A stretch of 62,931 nucleotides of DNA, filler included, from Octopus bimaculoides (GCF_001194135.2; 6 parts of 5 records of this genome joined end to end with filler, not necessarily neighbours in it); one strand, 5' to 3'. Shown: positions 35,911-49,875, counted from the first letter of the whole stretch. Translations and numbers: made by a program. Notes: generated by a model from the letters alone, not told the origin.

Positions 35911-38900
35911 CGCTGCCTTAAAGATAGTATTCACAAATGCTCTGTAGCTATATAGACTTAGCTCCTTCATATTATAAAGTTTTATTCTACTGTATCATGT
36001 TCGCAAGTGTCTTCCACAGACGCTTAAGTTCTAGCGGGGAATTTTGTTCGAATCTAAGTTAACCAAATCCGCAGATAAAAGAATGTGCTTACTTACTGCA
36101 GAATGGAATCAAACGAATAGTTCATTATTACCAAGCCACAATACATTCCTTGCTCCTTCTAATCTCATATATTGGACAGTATTACATAATACAATATATG
36201 GTAAATATCAAGGGGAAGTGAACTGGAAATGAGATTCCGATAATAAACTCACATACCAAACACGATTTATTCAGAATGTCGATATATAACCAGTTATGAG
36301 TATAACAAGACGTAAAACGTTATAGAATTACATCATGTAATGTGAACCCCCTTGTTACTTAGCACTTTGATAAACCAATTTTCATTAAATATCCATTAAG
36401 CAGAAATAAATAGTAACATCCCTAAATATCCAGAATGGTTTCCTGTTACCGTTTAGAGTGTAAGTGTAGAAAGAAGTTTTAAAGTGTTTTCCGAGTATGG
36501 TTCAATGTAAAGTTACAAACTGTTCCGTAGTTAATTGATAATCCATTTAAGGCATATTTAAGGTATAATGATTTGTGAGGTCCTCGTCTTTAGCTTCTGT
36601 TCGTTATGTTTATCTGTAATGTTTAAAGACGGATAAAACCTCATATCACACTTTGCTACGTTACACGTGTAAGAGCTAACTACATTATGTATTCCTGGTC
36701 ACACTATGTCTGAAACGTAAATTAAATTGGTACAGCTGGAACTTCATTAATATTTAGTCAATTCCATGAGGTTTAAATCGTAATATAATCAACAATATCA
36801 GCAACACTACTGACTACGATGTCAAATCTAAAATAGTGGAGACTCTTTCACTGAACTCAGTTTACAAGAAGGTTGTTCTTTCTTATGGAAATACCAGCGA
36901 AATCCCTCTCAAATATGTCAGAAACGCATTAAATGAGTAAGGAGTCATTGCACAAAATAATCGTTCAAGCATAAGGCTTTGTGAATTATCGATAAAATCC
37001 CCTTCAATATTATCGAACGACTCTCAATCTCTGGTACAACTCCTTTGTTAATCCCAGTACTTTGTTTTACTAAAAGGAATAAAAAGTCATGGTGTTTGTA
37101 GGTCCTCTGATACACATGGAATGGATGTCACCAATATTTCTCTTGAACATTCCAAGTCGGCATTCAGGAAAAGTTATGAACAAACGGAGTGTTGGAGTGT
37201 CCCAGAAGGAACTCTGTTCCTTCTGAGAAAGAAGAATTATCATCATCGACATTAATGAATGGCCTGGAGCAATGGTCACAACTACGGCCATGAAAGGAGA
37301 AGAAAAGATTGTGTCAAGAATATATGTATGGCAGTAGCATGATCTTAGCTTCCATGAGATAGCTTATATAGCATCTATGTAAAAAATTGGGAAGATTTCC
37401 ATTCGTAAATTGTCAATGAGTTTCAATCATAGCTATATTGGTACGTTATGTTAGTCATTACTCTTTCTTCTGCCTCTATTCTGTTATTGTATGGTATGGC
37501 AATATCTTCAACTGTGCTATGCTCTTTATGTATCGTTTTCTTGACAATATCTTCAATATCAAACACTTACGACAGTTACTTTCTTCAACCTGTTTGGTTG
37601 GTAAAGGCATAATGCTTTTTCCGCTCCTTTTCTTTATTGTAATGAATGGGCTTTGATATTATGTTAGATAGCAATAAATGGATGTATGTTGTATGTATCG
37701 CACGTTGTTTGTGAACTATATGTACAGTATGTGTAATGTAATTTTGGTGGGTAATAACTGTAAGGGTTACGTATTGTGTGTGTTGATTGATGTTGATTAC
37801 ATAGTGGGTGAATTCTGCATTAAGTGTACTTCTTGAGTTGCCCAACTGGTTCAAAAGTGGACTGTGATCCGTCAGTCTATTTTGGACAGTGCATTAAGCT
37901 GTAAACCTCAGAATTTTAGCTGATATTTGAGAGTCATTTTCCTACCAATATTATCAAACATTACTGGAACTGCCTTGTAAAAAATGGGCAGGCAAGGATG
38001 AAGCAAGCAATTACTTATTTGTTCTGATTGTATACTCTGCAATCAGTACAAATCTTTTCACTAACTTAGCCACTTTACTGTTTTATATTTGTCTTTTATT
38101 TTGTTTATTTATTTTCGCAAAATTGAACCTGTGTAGCTAACTCTTTTAAGCATTAGTGATATTTTTATACATCGATCACATGTAGCTAAAACAAACATAC
38201 CTCTGTTTATTTCTTTTAACCTTGAGCCTCAGGACAATTGCTAGTTTTGTTTTCAATTAGTTAGACATCATTTTCTTCGCCTCATGCAGTCTCCTGCCAG
38301 CGGAGAATGTTTTAGTTCTCTTCAAGTAATTTTAAAACTATTTCTTTTCATTTCATATTTCAGATTTTCCTTTACGTTCTTTTAACCATTTTGTCAAAAT
38401 TTAAACCGTTCTCCTCTGTGAAAGTAGCATCCAGTTTGCTTGTATTTATTACTTTCTGACCCTCCCTGTCTGCAGCCAATGTACTTTTCTACGTGCATGG
38501 TAGGTATATATTATTTTTAATTATATATATTATTTAGGTATATATTATTTTATCAGCATTAGTGCGGAGAATTCTGAATGTATTGAGAAGTTTCTTATTT
38601 TTTTGTTATCTAAGATATTTAGTTCAACTAAGTTTTAATTTACAAAGTTGCTACTGTGTTTTTTTTAGTGTGATGGCTAATTTCTGTAAAGATATTATAT
38701 GTATTATCTAGTTCCGATTTTAATATTTTCTGACTACTCTGAAGTAATCTTTACTGATTTCTCTAACATTTATATTTCTCATGCATTATCAGTTACCATA
38801 TATCCTACCTATTTGTACGTACACATCTGTTCTAATTCCATTTTCTGTGTTTGGGTTTAATTTAATTGTTTTCTGTATTAATTAATTTTCTTCGGAGATT

Positions 38901-40290
38901 AGCTTTATTACATTGGAGTTATTTCATAGTTACGGTTATATCACAGCGAAATATAAGTACAGTTTACAAAAGGTCTCTAGTGAAAGGTTATAATTATTGC
39001 TCTTGTTATTATCATTATCAGAAACGTTAGTTCAACTGACTAAATACGTGTCAGTATTTAATTATGTTTCTTTACTTTCTAAGTACTAATACGAAGGTCA
39101 AGCTTTTATCGCTCCCTGTTCGATAATATAACATACCAGATAAGTCGGTTTCATCAAATAGACTAAATCTGTCCTTATCACGAACAAAACTTACTCTGTG
39201 TGTATGATCACGGCCGTGATTACTCTCGATATTTCCGTGCAAACATTTACTGATCTATCAAGCGTAATTCTGTGTTCTTGACGTGTGGGTACTTCTTTGT
39301 TTTGATGATGTAAACCCATGTTAAGTTATTACTTTGCTGCTCATTTCATTCTCTGTGCACAGATTGTAAAAGTGAGTGCTGTCATTTTCTTACATAATTT
39401 TTTTGTATTTTGTATGTGCTATGCAATTGCTGTTAGGTGTTTTAGCTTTGGGGAAATAGTTATATAGACAAAGTGCTGTGTAGATAATATAGAATCAATC
39501 CTTTGCAGTTTTTCGAAATATCAGCCGTGTGTCTAATTGGTGGCATAACGCAAGTTGTTGGTCCTCTGAGAGTGTAGTTTGTGTTATATTGAGCGTTCAC
39601 TGCAAAGTATTGAAAGCACACATCGCACTGCCGTGGTTTTAACATACTTATCAGCTTTACGATATTTCCGATCGAGACTATAACTGCTGTAAAGGGATGT
39701 TTAACCTTCTCAGACTTGATATATTTTCTCTCAGGAAATTTCCATTTACGCTAGTTTAGCCTTTTGGAAATGTTTTTCTTTTAATTTGTAAACTCTCATT
39801 GTTGAAGTTTTATCAAATATACGTGTTCATTTATTCCTTTGCTGACTGCAGTAATGAAAAAATGTTAATGATTATAAGGGTTTAGTTGAAGCATATTTTA
39901 TATTTGTTGAAATAAGGAAATATTAGGTATGAGGTAGGTTTTGGAATAAATAACACTGCACAATTAACAGAGTTATAGTTAATGCATTATTTAGTCACGT
40001 GATCGTAAGACAGAGTGCCTTGTTTATATGATGTTCTAAGTGATGGGCTCCTGTGCATTTGCGTCATTGAGTGTCTAAATGTGACCAAATAGCCTGTTGA
40101 TGTTTCTGATAATGGATGAAAGAGATTCAGATCGTGGGTGGAGTCGACGCCATATTAAGCATTTCAAAGTAGCCTATAGTGGTTTGCATTGTATATAAGT
40201 TTTTGTGTAAGCATATACTATAGGGAACAATTTGAGATTTAACAAGATCTAGAGAGTTAGCTAAGGCGTATCAAGTTATTTTGTGCAGTG

Positions 40291-40321
<31 letters not shown>

Positions 40322-41769
40322 CTGTATTTATTCACCCTAGATGACAAGTGGCCATCAGTATGTTTGTACATAGCATGTCTATTTGTTGTGTATCACATGT
40401 TTTTGATCTGCAATTTAGATAAGCAGAGAAGTTATACGTTTTTCCACTTAAACTACATGTTTGTTCATTTTTCGTTCATTGCTTGAAAATTTAATAATAT
40501 TCCTTGATTATTTTATAAATATTTGGTAGCAGTATAGAAAAATGTAAAAACTCATGAAATTATTTCTACCTGACTTAATTTTTCTAACTGCTAGCTAACA
40601 TTCTTTCGAACAATTTATGCTAGGAGACACATTCTGAATTACACCAGCAACAAACAATATTCTATTTCAGTTCTAATTTCGTCTACATATTTATTTCTAT
40701 AACGAGTCGTCTAGTTGCGTACCCGAATCTATAAAGACACTCCAAAATTGGAGGTCTATCTGCTAAAATTGACATCCAAATTTCCAATGAATTACTTTAG
40801 CTTGCCGTTTACAAGAGAGAGATGTATTAAATTGTTTTTCCTTTATTCTTTCAATCGTTGAACTGCAATGATTCGAGGGTACTCTTTCGAAAAGCTACAC
40901 ATACTTACACAGAACTATACATACCATCCATATCTATATATACTATCTATATATACGAATGGGTTCTGCACTGTGCACTCGAACATGAAACTTCTTTACT
41001 GCGAATCGAACTTCTTAAATAAACAGCGATACTGGAACTATCTTAAATATATTTTGTAATATTGTTCATGATGCAGCATATAAAAGAAGGACCAAACAAA
41101 GAAAACTCTTTACGTGTCTACCCTTCCTGAACTACTTATTCAGTACTAGTGTTTGATAAAGCACCTAAAAGCCTATTTATAACAACAACACGCATACATG
41201 CATATACATGCAATACTGCGGGAATATTAATCCTAAAAGGGAACTAGAAATTGTAACGATTGTAACTACCAGTTTTCCCATTGTTGAAAATATTCCTTCA
41301 AACTTCATGATATTCACCAAAATTTCGCTCCAAGTTATTTCATATCTTCTTTTGTTAAGTTACATTTTATTGAAAAACATATCATAGTTTGGTGGTGGAT
41401 GAATCCTGTTCCAAGTTTTAGGAAATAAATATAAGTTTCACTGACATTACTATATCAGATATGATTAAATACATTGAAATATAATATTCTCGTTCACTTT
41501 AGAGTGTCCTATAGGCATTTCATATTTATTGATACAGAGAAATATCTCATGCTTATTTCAATATTTGTTATCATTACTGCCGTTCAATGACAGGTGTTGG
41601 AGACAAAGATTCCGACGAAATTTCTATATTGCACATATGTTAAACCTCAGAGATTGACTTTTTGTATAGATTTGTTTATTTCAAATATTGATATAAGATG
41701 GGCGTCTACATGTACATCCGTACATATCTGTACATTATACATTAATTGACGTTTACAATCACAAACACA

Positions 41770-42245
41770 CACAGGCATAATTATTAAGTGATAAACAATA
41801 AGTTTTCCATAGAATTCAAAGCCAGTACCAACACTGTAAAGATGTAAAAATGGTGCCAGTAACAAGTGATTACCTCGACATAAAAGTTGTTATACTGGCC
41901 ATTGATGAGCTAGACGCAAACTCAGTTGCTTGTCATAAAGGATCTCCAGCATTACTTCTCAAATCATGCAAACGAGCGCTTGAAAATTCATCGCAGTTTC
42001 TGTTTCAGAGCTTCCTTGTTAGTGTCAAGCTCCCACTGCTACAGTTGAAGTGCAGGAAGTGATGCATAAATGACTGTGGTACCAACCTTCTACGCTGATA
42101 GAACGAGAAAGCTTGTGGACCGCAAATGCATCGAAAAGCAACGAGATACTACGAAAAATGATATCATTTTTGAACACTTTACTTTGTTTTAATAAATTAC
42201 AGAAGCAAGGGCACGTATAACTTATATGTATATCACTTTTTGTAT
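41770..42245 (+). mobile_element. Non-autonomous mariner derivative with recognisable TIRs
   Basis: 3' transposase end (QPS-FYAD..KLVDR-KCIEK..DYYEK*). The 5' AAGTGATAAACAATAAGTT resembles the reverse complement of the 3' AACTTATATGTATATCACTT. Confidence 0.65.
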
Positions 42246-42469
42246 ATCTCGGACGAATTTGGACTTAGAACGTAAAATGAACAAAATGCTTCCCAGTAAT
42301 TTTGCCGAGGGTGCTAATTATACTGCCAACTCCACGCCTAATAGAAAGCGTTAATAATACAAATATGAAATTTATTAATACATATGAAAATTCATACATG
42401 TACATACGCTTAAATTCTAGAATTATGCGTCGCGTATATAATTGTTGTCGAGTAGCAATATGAATTTGC

Positions 42470-43007
42470 CACGTTTGTTTTTGAAAGTAATGGTTTTCTG
42501 ATTGCAGCCCTCCCGTGAAATCCGGCTTTCTACAGCTCCCAGCGAAGAGACTTTTGTGGAAACTGGGTTCTCGACGGGGTCATTAAGCTCTGCAGTAATT
42601 TTGGGAGCTGTACTTTTGTGATCCTTTCTTACAATTCGTGTTGGAGTTTTGTTTCGACTGGGAGGTTTTTTTCCCTCTTTCTCAAAGGCTGTCATTACTT
42701 TCAAGACAGTTCTTCTTGATATACCAAACATTTCGGCTGTTATCTTTACGCTAACACCTTCCATGCGAGCACCAACAATTTCACCTCTTTGAAAGTCCGA
42801 TAGATCTGTCATTTTATTGAATTTTAATTACGTTTTTCTGATGATATCTGAAAAAAAAACAGCAATTTTAGCAAAACATATTAAACAGCACTAATAATAA
42901 ATAAAAAATAAACATAAAAATAAATAAGCTTTTGACGGTTTTATAGATATTTCAATAGTATGACGATATGATTCTAGGTGTTTCCATTATTTTTTCCAAC
43001 CCCTGTA
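42470..43007 (-). mobile_element. Tc1 transposon 5' part (TIR plus HTH region)
   Basis: TIR TACAGGGGTTGGAAAAAATAATGGAAACACC ending at TA 43006-43007; ORF MTDLSDFQRGEIVGARMEGVSVK..GISRRTV..ITAELN. Confidence 0.85.
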
Positions 43008-43240
43008 ATTGCTTACTAAACGTTGTTATTTTATGCTGGCGCTGAATTCTCTAGAAAATCTATAGTCTATCAATTAAAGAGCAAAATATCGCAGTGCTAA
43101 CACAAAAATTTAGACAGTATTGACGTGTACATCTTTAATATATTTAGTGGTATATTACGGTTGCAAAATGAAATATTGTGTCGTTGCTAGTAATATTAAT
43201 GTGTGTGTCTGTGTGTATGTATACATATATATATATTCTT

Positions 43241-43580
43241 GTGAAGGCGCATGTCTCAGTGTTTAGAGCGCCGAGCTTACGACCGTGAGGTTATGAGTTC
43301 GAATTCCGAACCGGGCTGCGTGTTGTGTTCTTGAGTATGACACTTTATTTCACATTGCTCCAGTTCAGTCAGATGTGGAAATGAGTTGCGACGTCAGTGG
43401 TTCCAAGTTCTAACGGTCTTTGCCTTTCCCTTGGATAACATCCGTGGCGTGGAGAGGACAGGCTGGCATGCATGGGCGACTGCTGGTCGTCCATAAATAA
43501 ACTTGCCCGGACTCGTGCTTCGGAGGGTAACATTCTAGATGCAATCCCGTGGTCATTCGTGACCGAAGGGTATCACCCTA
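43241..43580 (+). mobile_element. tRNA-headed SINE (second central-domain type)
   Basis: A box CTCAGTGTTTAGAG and B box GAGTTCGAATTCC, then GTGTTGTGTTCTTGAG..GACACTTTATTTCACATTGCTCCAG. Confidence 0.75.
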
Positions 43581-44238
43581 TATATCTTCATATTACTAGA
43601 AAGAACATAGTGTCTTCTTTATATATACATGCGTGTGTGTATAGCATATTGGCACTATGATTAGTGTACAATACAAATTCCCGATTAATTACTGATAGTT
43701 AGGAGGAGAAATATTCATGCAAAACAGAATCATCGCTAATATGAAATAGAAATTTCTCGTTCCCGATTCTAGGCGAATATATTTGAAGTTTATATATTCA
43801 CAGGATATGTTTAATCTTTTCCCAGTAAAAGAACGTAATAAAAATGTAATTTTCCCTTATAAAGATTAATTATTGTATATCATAAACAGTTCTAAAAATT
43901 TCTGCAGAAAAAAAAAACATTTATAGTTTTTATAAAATAAACTCTTTTACAAATTCTTTTGAATATAAACTGATATGTCCCCTGATATGAGCACTAAACG
44001 TGAGTAAAAACTCTTCTTTTAGTATTGGTTGAATATAGTTGCGACATAACAATTTGGAGATGTGTGCATGGATTTTAGGTAGGGTGTTTTTGTTGTGTTT
44101 ATTATTGCTGTATGAATGGAATCTATAAATGTTTCAGTAATTTATTTCTTGTTACATTTTATCATTTTTTTTTTTTGTTTTCGAAAATGCATTTTACGTC
44201 TATCATTTATCAGATAAAACGATCAAAGCTAATCGTGT

Positions 44239-44297
<59 letters not shown>

Positions 44298-44899
44298 CGT
44301 GTGTGTGTTCGGGTGAGCGCGTGGGCAAACGGAGGATGTCTTCAATATCGTTTCCGATAGTATTGATTTGAAGGATTTATGCAGTAGCTTTCATCCATAT
44401 GTTACCGTTATTTTTGTTTTTTTTTCGCAAATGAATTTATATCAACAACTAACTACACAGAAAGGCAAACATGAACACATGGCAGTGAGACTGAGTTACA
44501 CACACAACACATCATATTAGCTTATGAACTGCTTCCATCTATCTATTTAACTTACAAGGTTTGGTTCTATCCGAGACACCGATAAAAGCCACAGGCCTAG
44601 GATATCATTTAGCGGGACTCAACTTGAGACATCATGAATGTAAAAAAAAAAGATAGCACCGGTTTCCTTCGGAATATAATTATCACAGTAGAGCATGGTT
44701 AATACTTAGATAATGACAACAATGTAAATGTATGTGGTCAAAGCACCAAACATATTATACACACACACGGTCGTGCTCCAGCATGACCACAGCCACTTGG
44801 CTGAAACCCATCAATAAATAAATAAATAAAAATAAACACACACACATACACACATACACATACACAGACACACATAATGCATTCAGCGCTCACGCATTA

Positions 44900-46072
44900 A
44901 AACGGTGGGACTTTTGTGGTAACGTAACTGAGGTTTGACCTTGATCGCTCCAGTTTTCTCTCTTGTGTTAACTGAATAAATGTGTCCGCTCCGTTGTTAG
45001 TGCGCACGAAAGAAAAAAAGACATCGGTGATACGATTTCTCTAGTCTGAAGATGCATCAGTTGCGGAAATTCATCGCAGTCGTTTTGTAAAACACTGTGC
45101 TTTACTGTGTAGAAGATAAAATTGTCGAGACAAGTGAAGCGTGAAAAACCAAGAGAGAGCAGGACGCATCTCAAACTCTACCACTGTTGTAATGCTTCAA
45201 CAAACTCGTGAGATGTTTGTGTTAAACTGACGAGTGACCATTGGCGAGATGGCATGTTTTCTGCAAATTATTTTGTGGCTCCGCAAACGAAATCATCCAC
45301 GATAAACTGAACTTGCTTAATTTTTGTGCGTGATGGGTACCGAAGCGCATAACCGCAATCGTACGGAGATCTGTCAAAGCTTATTCGACCGATTAATCGA
45401 AACGATTTGGGAGAAAATAGTCAGAGAAGATAAAACATATTTCCATCATTTTCAGCCAGAGAATGTAGTGGTAAAACCCGAAAACGCCAGCGAAAAAGGA
45501 GTTCAAGCCTCAAACTTCTGCAGAAGCGAAGTGAACTTTTTTTTTTTTTTCTTGCGACGCAAAAGGACCAACATTGAAATATTTATCTAGAAAAGGGACC
45601 TACAGTCACCTGTGAATGATACAACAAAATGGTATTCAACAACTGACACCAATAATTCGCACCAAACGACGAAGCCTATTCTCAAAGCAAATGTTATTGT
45701 TGCACTTTGATGCAAGCACACACACTGCCGCTCATACATACCGTTGAAACAATTGAAAAATTGGTTCGAGTTGGTGGAACATCCTGTATACGAAGCAGAC
45801 CTTTCCCTTTCCTATCTATCACGACTTTTGACAGCTCAAAAGATCATTTACAACGTCATCGATTTGCTACAATTGAAGAAGCACAGGAAACGATACAAAA
45901 ATGGCTGCGGTACCAACCTTCTACGCTGATGGAATAAGCAAACTTGTGGACCGCAAAGTGCATCGAAAAGCATGGAGATACTACGAAAAATGATGTCATT
46001 GTTTAACACTTCACTTTGTTTTAATAAATTACAGAAGCAAGAGCGCGTATAAATTTTGACTTAGCCCCTTAT
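44900..46072 (+). mobile_element. Near full-length decayed mariner
   Basis: SVIRFL*SEDASVAEIHR; IVREDKTYFHHFQPE (TGDETW-like); LLHFDASTHTA (HDNARPH-like); EHPVYEADLS; RFATIEEAQETIQKWL; KLVDR..CIEK..YYEK*. Confidence 0.85.
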
Positions 46073-46899
46073 ATGAATATTTCGGACGAATTTGGACTCA
46101 GAACGTAAAGATGAATAAAATACTTCTATATGTTCGTTAACACTTTCGCTTTAGTTTGTTAGAGACGAGGAGGAGGTGAAGTGATATTACATACGACCTA
46201 GTGATTATGTACTCGCAGACACGATCATAACAATGCGTCTTTTATTCCATGGCTGAACGTTATGTTGAATAATTAAGCTAGTGGCTTCATTTCACGTTGA
46301 TCTAATGAACTATGCTGAAATGTACTGGTGCACAATTTTCTTCCTCAAGCATCGATTTTCTGAATGTTATGCTGTGTCAAGCGTAGGAAGATTGAGAATG
46401 TTACTATGTGTGCTCTCAACTACATACGCACCTAAAGCAATTTGCGAATGCATGTTACCAGGCTTGCGAATGAATGGTGTTTTTTTATTCGGTTACAAAC
46501 GCATGTGCATATATATATATTTATATGAGATTTTATATACCTACGTTTCTAAATTTCTATTTCCATCTCAAAGCGTGAGTACCCCCCTTCCGAGTTGCTT
46601 GCTGTTGAAGCCATAAGGCTACTCTACAACAATTATATATGCGAAGCAAAATTCTAATATTTAAACGTATGTACATGCATAAATATGAAAAATAGAATAT
46701 TATGTTACAATAATGAAATATTCTTTTAAAATTGTTTTTATATGTATTAATAACATTCATATTTGTATTATTAATACTTTTCATTAAGCGTCGAGTTAGC
46801 AGTATAACTGGCACTCTGTTAAATATTGCATCCTAAACACATCTCTTTCTCTTTACTTTTCCCTCCCAGCTTGCTGCACGGCGTTAACACTTCCCTGTC

Positions 46900-47150
46900 C
46901 TTCTTTTCCATAGCAGACTCCTTCTCTCGATCTTAACCTCTCCTTTCAGCCATCAGACTGCGGCCATGCTGCGAAGCGTCTTGTAGAATTTTTAGCTCAA
47001 TGAACCGATCTCCGTACTTATAATTTTAAGCCTGGCGCTTATTAAAACAGCTAACTGGAAGACGTCAACATACCAGCACCTGTTGGTTGTCAAGTGGTAG
47101 TGGTAATGGACAAATACAGACACAAAGACGTACACACACACACACACACA
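46900..47150 (-). mobile_element. SINE 3' half
   Basis: GACTGCGGCCATGCTG..GGTTGTCAAGTGGTAGTGG..GACAAATACAGACACAAAG(AC)n, the reverse complement of the 280-515 family. Confidence 0.7.
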
Positions 47151-47154
47151 CATG

Positions 47155-47188
<34 letters not shown>

Positions 47189-47369
47189 NNNNNNNNNNNN
47201 NNNNNNNNNNNNNNNNNNNNNNNNNNNNNNNNTTAATTAATTAANNNNNNNNNNNNNNNNNNNNNNNNNNNNNNNNNNNNNNNNNNNNGCGCGCGCGTGG
47301 TAGGTAGGTAGATAGATAGATAGATAGATAGATGGAGAGACATGGATGTGGATATATATGTAGGGAGAG

Positions 47370-47418
<49 letters not shown>

Positions 47419-47514
47419 CTAGCAGAGATACCCGGCTTTGCTCGGGATTAAAATGGCATAGATTTTTATTGCTTTACTTGTTTCAGTCATGTGACTGCGG
47501 CCATGGTGGTCCTG

Positions 47515-48830
47515 GGAGTGAATGACAGAAGGGGGTGCCTTCAGACTAGGAGTTATCTGGTCGTCTGACGGGTTCGGGACAATTGGATTTTTTCAAACGT
47601 CTAGAAATTTCCCTCGGAATAACCCACTCTTTAGAGTTAGTGACCGTTTGGTATGTCATTTCGGGTGCATTGGACAGTTAAAGACTGGATTTCCTGAATG
47701 TGCCAACGTGGACATGAACAAATCGCATTGGGTCATCCAGATCATATCTAGATAGAGTATTCTTACAGACCAATGAATAAGGATAGCATAGGTTGTCTAC
47801 AATTTAAAATCTTCGGTTACACAGATCACAAATTTGTTTTGTTAATCGTTATTTCTACAGATATTCTATAGTAATTATTGCCAGCCCCGATTTTTGCTGC
47901 AACGTTTCGTATTGAGACGTCAGATGTAAACAAAGAACGAGATCGGGGACAAAAATGGGTAAGGAGTGTATATGCCAATTTACATATAATTAACGCATTC
48001 CTGGAGCTGGTATGTATGTAATTTGTCATCTTCACGGTCCACCTAGTTAGTCTTCGTAGGCAGGAATTCGGTTACTGGAAGCTGCACGCATCGCTCCCGG
48101 TGAGCCATGCTGCAGAGGCTGAATGGGCGAATTATTTAAGCATGTGTTGACAAAGGTAACCGTCAACAACAAATGGTGGTTCACCCAGTAAAAAAGTGAT
48201 TTGAGCTGAATCGATTAGGCTCAATAAGGTTATAAAAAGAGGAGATTTAATTTAAAAACTTAAAAGAAGCGCTTAAGAAAGGCATCGCAACTGACGTGCC
48301 TACGGTGATATTAACCTTTGACCAGTTCTTTAACAAGAATCACGAAGGCCGGAGCGTCAGAGCCAAGATATGAGTGGATGTTGTCAGTGGTCAAAGATAC
48401 GAGGGCGACGAAAGTCGTTCGATGAGTCCTGCTGGTGCTGGTGCAACGTGACAATAAAATTGCAGTTCGGTCTTTGGAGGACCACAATAGACATATGTTA
48501 CTCAACCCCAAACATTCATTCGCAATTTGTTGGACAGTTTAGGACGAGTGGTGGACCGGAAAGAAGGGTGAATTTCAGCGCTTACCTCAACGAGGAAGGC
48601 GAAGTTTTGCGAAAAGCTGATAAAAGCAAAGGAAATATGGGAAGTGATGGTTGTCAATACGGGAGACAAATCGCCTAATTTGAACGTTCTGCCCCATGAG
48701 ATTTGCTCTCATACGCCTGACTTGTTTTGGGACCTCTTGGTAGATGTCTACTGCAATTGGTAGCAGAACAGTAGAATTCCCCGTTCTGTGAGTCGAGGAG
48801 TGGAGGCGTTGTTTAGGAAGGTCATTCTTG
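47515..48830 (+). mobile_element. L1/Tx1-clade ORF2 relic (AP endonuclease to RT start)
   Basis: GAFRLGVIWS, LDFFKRLEISL, GYWKLHASL (48070-48096), NNKWW, LPHEICSHTPDLFWDLLVDVYCNW..IPRSVSRGV. Confidence 0.75.
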
Positions 48831-49117
48831 AAAACCTTATCCAGAAATCCTGAAAGCGTGGACCGTGTTGTGTCTGTATCAAAAGATACGTTCGCTTTTC
48901 ATTGAAAACTGACAGAAATTGGAAGACGATGATTACTTAATGCACTTTATATACTTTATACACAATTTTATAGAATTAATACACAGCACTCATAAAATAA
49001 ATATATCATTCTTATTTTTCCATTTCCCCATTAACAGAAAAGATTACATTTTAAAATTTACATGGTCACAATTTCATATCTAGAAATTTCCTATCTAGAA
49101 ATTTCATATCTAGAAAA

Positions 49118-49139
49118 CCCCAAGATTCCGAGTTCGTGA

Positions 49140-49230
<91 letters not shown>

Positions 49231-49233
49231 TAC

Positions 49234-49294
<61 letters not shown>

Positions 49295-49437
49295 ACATCG
49301 AAAAATACCTTAGGAATGAGAACCCAAGTTCGAAATTTCCCCAAGACACCTGATGAAAGCTGGAGAATATATCAGCCGAAACGTTGTGTTAACAAGAAAC
49401 AAGGTGAGGACATATATCCGTCAAATGTAAATAATGT
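49118..49437 (+). mobile_element. Composite short element: B-box-like head, (AAT)n/(ATT)n, hammerhead module
   Basis: CCCCAAGATTCCGAGTTCG, then TGACCTG(AAT)n(ATT)n, then ACATCGAAAAATACCTTAGGAATGAGAACCCAAGTTCGAAA and the HHR at 49345-49390. Confidence 0.6.
49345..49390 (+). ncRNA. Minimal type I hammerhead (palindromic stem III, dimer type)
   Basis: GACAC CUGAUGA A AGCUG gagaauauau CAGCC GAA ACGU U GUGUU. Triplet GUU; the closing pair of stem II is mismatched (A-C). Confidence 0.7.
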
Positions 49438-49608
49438 TAAAAAAGTTTATTGTAAAAAAGTTATTTTATATGTAAAATATTGGGGTCACAATTTCACGGT
49501 GTTAAACATTTAATGCAGCATGGTATGCTCTGAAAACCATATCGTTGGTAAATTATACGGCAAAGTGATTGGTCAGAACCAATACACATTTCAATTTGCG
49601 CACATCTT

Positions 49609-49875
49609 TCAATCCATTACTTCTTTGCAGACTATGTCCTTCGTGTAAGTTTTCCTGTTTCTTTTCCTTTGTTTGTCAGTATTGATAACTTTAACTTTAA
49701 CATCAGATCGTTTGAGAACCATTGCGAATGCAACATATAGCTGACCATGGCCGAATACAGGGTCACGCAAGAACAGCCCCACTTTATCAAATGTCTGCCC
49801 TTGTGATTTATTGATAGTCATTGTATATGACTATCAACTGGTTTCTTTTCTAAAATGAATGGCAAGTTTGGAATG
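49609..49875 (-). pseudogene. Helitron RepHel PIF1-family helicase C-terminal fragment
   Basis: [46 protein letters not shown]. Confidence 0.9.

Noticed and set aside
39460-39645. KPRQCDVCFQYF resembles a C2H2 zinc finger start
   Set aside because: Both His ligands and the TGEKP linker are missing and there is no second finger.
47885-47930. Minus-strand CTGACGT..GAAACGTT hammerhead-like word
   Set aside because: A9 is missing and there are no supporting stems.
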